In this document: positions 59,476-64,000 of the stretch, piece after piece
Layout: the number at the start of each line of letters is the position of its first letter
Numbering within the stretch: the first letter of the stretch is position 1
Source of the DNA: Candidatus Aceula lacicola
Lineage (GTDB): Bacteria > Omnitrophota > Gorgyraeia > Zapsychrales > Aceulaceae
Assembly (NCBI GenBank): GCA_030765785.1
Contig: JAVCCC010000044.1
Location: forward strand, 1,417-65,416
DNA: 64,000 nt
Direction of reading: 5' to 3'
Notes under the pieces: model-generated
What the model saw: only the letters and a program-made list of their open reading frames with translations
The model's database searches: none
Told to the model about the DNA's origin: nothing
Position numbers and translations under genes: made by a program

Positions 59476-60150
59476 TTAAGAAGATTTCTTGCGGATTAAA
59501 ATTTTATATGCAATAACTGAAAAACCTAAAAAAGTAAACGTATAAATAAAATCCTCTATCGGGATAGAAAGAATACGAGCTCCCCATATCGCTTGAGGAT
59601 TATATATAATAACTGGAAGTCCTGCTAAAATTCCTTTAGATATTAGAAGCGGAGCATAAAATATTGTTAAACAAACAACAAAATTCTTTGTAAAAACAAT
59701 TTCCTTAAAAAAGTTTACGGATAAAAAAAAGAATGCTGCCAAGAATATTAAACTAATCGACGTATAATTCTTATTTTGATAAAATAAAGCTGCTGCCATT
59801 AAAAAAATAATAAAAATATAAATAATATTTTTATTAAAACTAATTTCTCGATCCTTAGAAAAACATTGCACTACCTCGTAAACAAAAATACAACTAAACG
59901 ATATCGCTACAAAGAAGCAGGCTTCAGCAATAGGTAAATTTAAAAATTTTACTGTTCCGATATATCGCGGATTAAAAAACCAATCCCCGAGAAATATTGC
60001 CAAAACATTCCAAGCAATATACGCAGGAGCAGCAATTAAAATAGCTCCCAGCGCATAGCTCCATTTCTTAAAATAAAATATCTTTTTTCCAAATGAAAGT
60101 GCCAGCGGAATGCTGATGATAAGAACATCAATCCATGAATAAAAACTCAT
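59476..60150 (-). CDS. Lycopene cyclase domain-containing membrane protein
   Basis: Two repeats ending NLPIAEACFF and SIPIEDFIY; GDWFFNPRY. Confidence 0.7.
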   Translation of the reverse strand: MSFYSWIDVLIISIPLALSFGKKIFYFKKWSYALGAILIAAPAYIAWNVLAIFLGDWFFNPRYIGTVKFLNLPIAEACFFVAISFSCIFVYEVVQCFSKDREISFNKNIIYIFIIFLMAAALFYQNKNYTSISLIFLAAFFFLSVNFFKEIVFTKNFVVCLTIFYAPLLISKGILAGLPVIIYNPQAIWGARILSIPIEDFIYTFTFLGFSVIAYKILIRKKSS

Positions 60151-60224
60151 CTCATCTCCTTTGTTATCATCATTTTATGTTAAAAATAAAATATCTGCAA
60201 AAGCAATTCTTTATTTCTAAACAT

Positions 60225-60869
60225 TTAACAACTGCAATTTGCATGCTTGTCGTCTTTTACAAACAAAAGTGGAAAAATAATATCGCTAACACAACACGGC
60301 ATCCATACAGCTAGAAATAAAAAGAAGAACACACAAATATAAACACTAATTCCTAAAGGACCGTCCGCAGCCATAATCATATGAAACAACGAAGCCCATG
60401 TGCTTATCAATACATGAGCTCCATGAGGAAACTTAGTCATTGGCTTAAAATATGCAATAGCAATACCAACAATAGCAAGAGGATTAACAATCCACCACTT
60501 CTCGATAAATCCAATATGCAGTTCTCGATGTGGCATATTAAGAAGCGTTTCTCCTAGATATGGAATCACGCAATCGCTTAATGTTGCAATGCCAATAGAT
60601 CCAACATACCCGATTAAAAGCAACATCCAAATGTTACACTTTTTTTTTGATTTCTCACATTGATGCCGATGATACATTGAAGCCGTAGTAAGAGCACTCA
60701 AAAAAACATGCAAAGGGTGAAGCACATAAAATGTATTATAAGCGACACCCTCGGGGATGTTCTGAAAAGCAACCATCAAAGCAATGCCAAATAAAGCACC
60801 AAAAAGAGTAAACGGAGAATGACTTTTAAGCTCGTGAACAATGACTTTCAACATACTTATTTTATCCAA
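60225..60869 (-). CDS. His/Cys-rich hypothetical membrane protein
   Basis: About 6 TMs with HELKSH, HPLH, HRELH, PHGAH, FH and PCCVSD; overlaps the SOR gene. Confidence 0.8.
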   Translation of the reverse strand: MDKISMLKVIVHELKSHSPFTLFGALFGIALMVAFQNIPEGVAYNTFYVLHPLHVFLSALTTASMYHRHQCEKSKKKCNIWMLLLIGYVGSIGIATLSDCVIPYLGETLLNMPHRELHIGFIEKWWIVNPLAIVGIAIAYFKPMTKFPHGAHVLISTWASLFHMIMAADGPLGISVYICVFFFLFLAVWMPCCVSDIIFPLLFVKDDKHANCSC

Positions 60870-61249
60870 AGTCCATGCTTATTACAAAATTCAATAGCTT
60901 TAACATCTTCGGCTTCTGTCATAAAGACAGCTTCTGGAGCCACGCCTGGGTTTAAATATTTACGCTGAATCTCACTACAACTTTTAAGTTCAATAAATTC
61001 AATATAGTGATCTTCTTCCATCGGATGAGGAACTTCACCAATTTTAACTTTATAGCCACCCTCTATTTTTTCGATCACAGGAACATGCTTTTCTTTTCCT
61101 TGATCTGCAGTCTTTGGTTCTGCTTTTTTAAGAGAATTTCCGCAACAAGAAATCTCACAATTTTCTTCACATCCTCTTATTGTTTCCACTAAACAATTGC
61201 AGCTGTCATCATTAGAACATGTATAAATCTCAGATTTATTGCAAGACAT
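60857..61249 (-). CDS. dfx: Desulfoferrodoxin / superoxide reductase
   Basis: EKHVP, HPMEEDHYI, CNKHGLW; N-terminal domain with CCG. Confidence 0.92.
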   Translation of the reverse strand: MSCNKSEIYTCSNDDSCNCLVETIRGCEENCEISCCGNSLKKAEPKTADQGKEKHVPVIEKIEGGYKVKIGEVPHPMEEDHYIEFIELKSCSEIQRKYLNPGVAPEAVFMTEAEDVKAIEFCNKHGLWIK

Positions 61250-61343
61250 CTTTCCTCCTTATGTAGCATATATTGGTAAATTATTCTTCAGACATATTAA
61301 CATAAACTAAATTTTAGGAAAAGAACCATCTAAAATAATTATA

Positions 61344-61868
61344 TTATCGGCAAACTAACGCCCCTAAAAACCCTGCCCCAACAATAATTAAAGCGGGATG
61401 AATTTTAGTAAACATAAACAATCCAAATGCAATAATAATTAAGACAACATTTTTCCAATTCATTAAATTAGTAACACCAACTGTCTGAAAAGCGACAGCC
61501 ACAATCATCGCGAAAATAACAACCTGAATTGTACTAAAAGCCCCTTTAATCGATGGAAGATCTTTATATTGATTATAAAAATAGGTCGCAACTAAAACGA
61601 GGATGACTGGCGATAAAAGATTTGCAATGTTCGCAATGATTGCTCCAGAAATACCAGCAACCTTATTGCCTGTATAGGTTGCAAACTTAACTGAAATCGC
61701 ACCTGGAAAAATTTTAACAATGCCTAAAACTTCTAAAAACTCTTCTCTTGTAAGCCAATGATATCTTTCAACAACATCTTTTTCAATTAGAGGCAAAAAA
61801 GAATACGCGCCTCCGATAGCAAATAAACCAATACGAAAAAAAACTAAAAAAAGATCAAACAAAACCAT
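61344..61868 (-). CDS. Short-chain chromate transporter (CHR) family protein
   Basis: FFRIGLFAIGGA, WLTREEF, PGAISV, IHPALII. Confidence 0.88.
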   Translation of the reverse strand: MVLFDLFLVFFRIGLFAIGGAYSFLPLIEKDVVERYHWLTREEFLEVLGIVKIFPGAISVKFATYTGNKVAGISGAIIANIANLLSPVILVLVATYFYNQYKDLPSIKGAFSTIQVVIFAMIVAVAFQTVGVTNLMNWKNVVLIIIAFGLFMFTKIHPALIIVGAGFLGALVCR

Positions 61869-61897
61869 TTCTTATACTCTCCATTTACCTTATATTC

Positions 61898-63403
61898 TTA
61901 AAATTCCTGCCAAAGGACAACATTAAGAGTCACCCCCGAACTTCCAGCAATCATTCCAGGAGGAAGATTCGCAGATAAATCTGGGACTTGATAAATCGAA
62001 GGAACGTTAGTTCCCATATTAAAATAATTTGAAACAATCGAACCAATAACATCTGTCTGCTTAGTAATCGTTATTGTATCTTCAGCATAAAACGCACCCA
62101 TAGCTGCTGTTTGCGCTTCATAAAAACCAATTGTATTAGGCGTCATAATTCCAAAACAATTTATCGGAAAAGAAACGTTTCCTGACGTAACAAGACTAGC
62201 ATTTACTTCCGCCGTACCCGTCACAAGAACTGTTCCTATCCCACTATATGTTATTGTTGTATTTCCACCAACTTTATTAAAATTTAAAGCATTATCTCCA
62301 TCAATATAAATTTTTCCGGCAATCGTCAAACTCCCACTTCCATCCATGCTAATACTATTCGTACCATCCGTATAACTAAAAACACTATTCGGCTTAATAT
62401 CATTAAGCTCATTTGTTAAAACAAGGGCCTCTGATTGAAATTTTTGTTGAACAGTTAAACTTGGGTTACTCGGATCAGGGTCAGACAAACTTGGGAATGT
62501 CATAGAATCTCCTAAATCATAAGCATTTGCTGTTCCATTATCAGAATAAACGTTTGACGCCCCCTGGTTTCCTCCCCATCCATCTGTCACGTAAACTGCA
62601 TCAACAGTTTCTTTAATCGAATTGCCAGAAACATCAGTGTTTCCTACGCCCGCACTTCCGCTTAAAGCAACAACACCTGTCTTAACGCGCAATTCCGCAT
62701 TTAAAGTTGAGACCGTTTCTCCATTAAAAACTGTTGTCGGAAGCGCTGGAATTTTTGCCTGCAAAGCTGCGCTGAGACCTGTGTAATTATTTTGAACAAA
62801 CTGTGCTGTTCCGCCTAAATTAGCAGCTAAATCTGTCGGGTTAAGACCGCTTCCTAAAACAACAACAGACCCTGCAATATCAACCGTCCCATTAATCATT
62901 GCCCCTGATTGCCCTTCTCCAGCAAAAATAACGTAATCCCAAGGAGAAGAGCTTGACATAGAAACATATATCTGAACAGTTATTACTATTCCATTAAGGA
63001 CTGCAGTTGAGCGAATCCATATTTCATCAGGGCTGCTTGTATTCTTCAGCAAGACTGAATATTGCCCTCCATTTAAAGTCGTGCCGCTATACGGAACCGA
63101 ATAAAATACGCCCGTATTCGGCCCTATATTAAAAGAACCAATATTTCCATCGCTCCAGCTCCCGGTTGAAGCATAATCTTGCTTTAAATCATATATCGCT
63201 CTTTGCAGTCCAGACTCTGCGATATAAAATGTCATAGTCTCAAGCCTTTGTCTTTCTGAAATGCGCATTTCACTTGCAGCGTACATCACAAAAGCAGCAC
63301 TCAACCCAATCAAAACAACAATCACAAGGTAAGAAATTAAAAGCAAACTTCCTCGTCGATTATTTAGTCGTTTCAATATTGGATATCTTTTTTTACCCTT
63401 CAT
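61898..63403 (-). CDS. PilX-like type IV pilus protein
   Basis: RRG|SLLLISYLV hydrophobic helix, FYIAESGLQRA, Gly/Thr/Asn-rich beta region, C-terminal WQEF. Confidence 0.8.
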   Translation of the reverse strand: MKGKKRYPILKRLNNRRGSLLLISYLVIVVLIGLSAAFVMYAASEMRISERQRLETMTFYIAESGLQRAIYDLKQDYASTGSWSDGNIGSFNIGPNTGVFYSVPYSGTTLNGGQYSVLLKNTSSPDEIWIRSTAVLNGIVITVQIYVSMSSSSPWDYVIFAGEGQSGAMINGTVDIAGSVVVLGSGLNPTDLAANLGGTAQFVQNNYTGLSAALQAKIPALPTTVFNGETVSTLNAELRVKTGVVALSGSAGVGNTDVSGNSIKETVDAVYVTDGWGGNQGASNVYSDNGTANAYDLGDSMTFPSLSDPDPSNPSLTVQQKFQSEALVLTNELNDIKPNSVFSYTDGTNSISMDGSGSLTIAGKIYIDGDNALNFNKVGGNTTITYSGIGTVLVTGTAEVNASLVTSGNVSFPINCFGIMTPNTIGFYEAQTAAMGAFYAEDTITITKQTDVIGSIVSNYFNMGTNVPSIYQVPDLSANLPPGMIAGSSGVTLNVVLWQEF

Positions 63404-63404
63404 A

Positions 63405-63956
63405 TCAATTCCTCAATTCCAATTCAAAATTTAACTGATACGTAAGTGAATTACCTTTTAATGTTATATCTTCCCCAACAAGAGCAACCTCCATAATATT
63501 TGGCGTTGCTAATTGCCGCCTGAATTGTACTGATTGAATATCGTGAGCTACAATATCTGTTGCTGGTCCCATGCTATTAATCCGATGAAGCTCTGTTAAA
63601 CCCGTTCCTCCTAAAATATATTGAAACGTATTCGCTTCCCAAAGAATAGACCCATTTAAAATTGTGTTAGGAATATGAAACGTAATCGACGTATACCAAA
63701 CATCATCTGCAGGCACATCTACTATTGCAGCCGATCCCGTTTCAAGTAAATCTTTCTTAATCTGCTCCATAGATTTACGCAATTCTCTCTGAAGACCAAT
63801 CTGAGCCCTGTTAACTTCCCATGTGCGTTGCCCTGCATTCATCGACACATATAAAGCACCCACTAAAAAAGAAAGAATTAAAACAGTCACCATGACTTCG
63901 AGTAGCGTAAAGCCTCTGGATAATTCTTTTTTTATTTTAGCTTCCTTCATTCTCAT
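63405..63956 (-). CDS. Prepilin-type minor pilin (PilW-like)
   Basis: RG|FTLLEVMV cleavage/methylation motif; C-terminal ELRN. Start probably ATG 63956. Confidence 0.88.
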   Translation of the reverse strand: MRMKEAKIKKELSRGFTLLEVMVTVLILSFLVGALYVSMNAGQRTWEVNRAQIGLQRELRKSMEQIKKDLLETGSAAIVDVPADDVWYTSITFHIPNTILNGSILWEANTFQYILGGTGLTELHRINSMGPATDIVAHDIQSVQFRRQLATPNIMEVALVGEDITLKGNSLTYQLNFELELRN

Positions 63957-63963
63957 TTTTCCC

Positions 63964-64000
63964 CTACTTCTGCGCAAACAACATAACTAAGTTCACAATA
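63964..64000 (-). CDS. 3' end of an upstream gene (possibly a PilV-like pilin)
   Basis: ...IVNLVMLFAQK* just before the pilin SD; identity inferred from gene order only. Confidence 0.4.
   Translation of the reverse strand, partial: IVNLVMLFAQK

Noticed and set aside
1-64000. CRISPR array, tRNA/rRNA, transposase, prophage, recoded stop codons
   Set aside because: No regularly spaced repeats or recognisable signatures were seen by eye. Genes are intact in the standard code, and the remaining plus-strand ORFs are shadows of minus-strand genes.

Overview
This is a dense, AT-rich bacterial window from an anaerobe. The 1,898-aa modular protein and the gene content suggest Omnitrophota/PVC (inference). 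Essentially all genes lie on the minus strand; the one exception found is a small ferredoxin missed by the ORF track. Contents: PFOR and PEP carboxykinase; class III ribonucleotide reductase with tandem NrdR boxes; an O2/NO-defence operon; a large secreted modular protein; an ArsR-controlled MMPL/LolA-like/beta-barrel export operon; a complete group 3d NAD-linked [NiFe]-hydrogenase with hyp genes, Rex and ADP-forming acetate-CoA ligase; a cobalamin riboswitch with btuB; a two-kinase signalling cluster; a DtxR / Fur-FeoA / feoBC operon; PIN-PhoH, ilvD, superoxide reductase and type IV minor pilins. The two most notable observations are (1) a structured non-coding element present three times, each directly abutting the Shine-Dalgarno of a different gene (PFOR, rubredoxin, CBS protein), with conserved ends and variable base-paired interiors, and (2) the secreted 1,898-aa protein carrying methyltransferase-, HisKA- and GNAT-like cargo between distinct terminal modules. 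No tRNA, rRNA, CRISPR array or transposase was seen. All calls are by eye, with no database searches.
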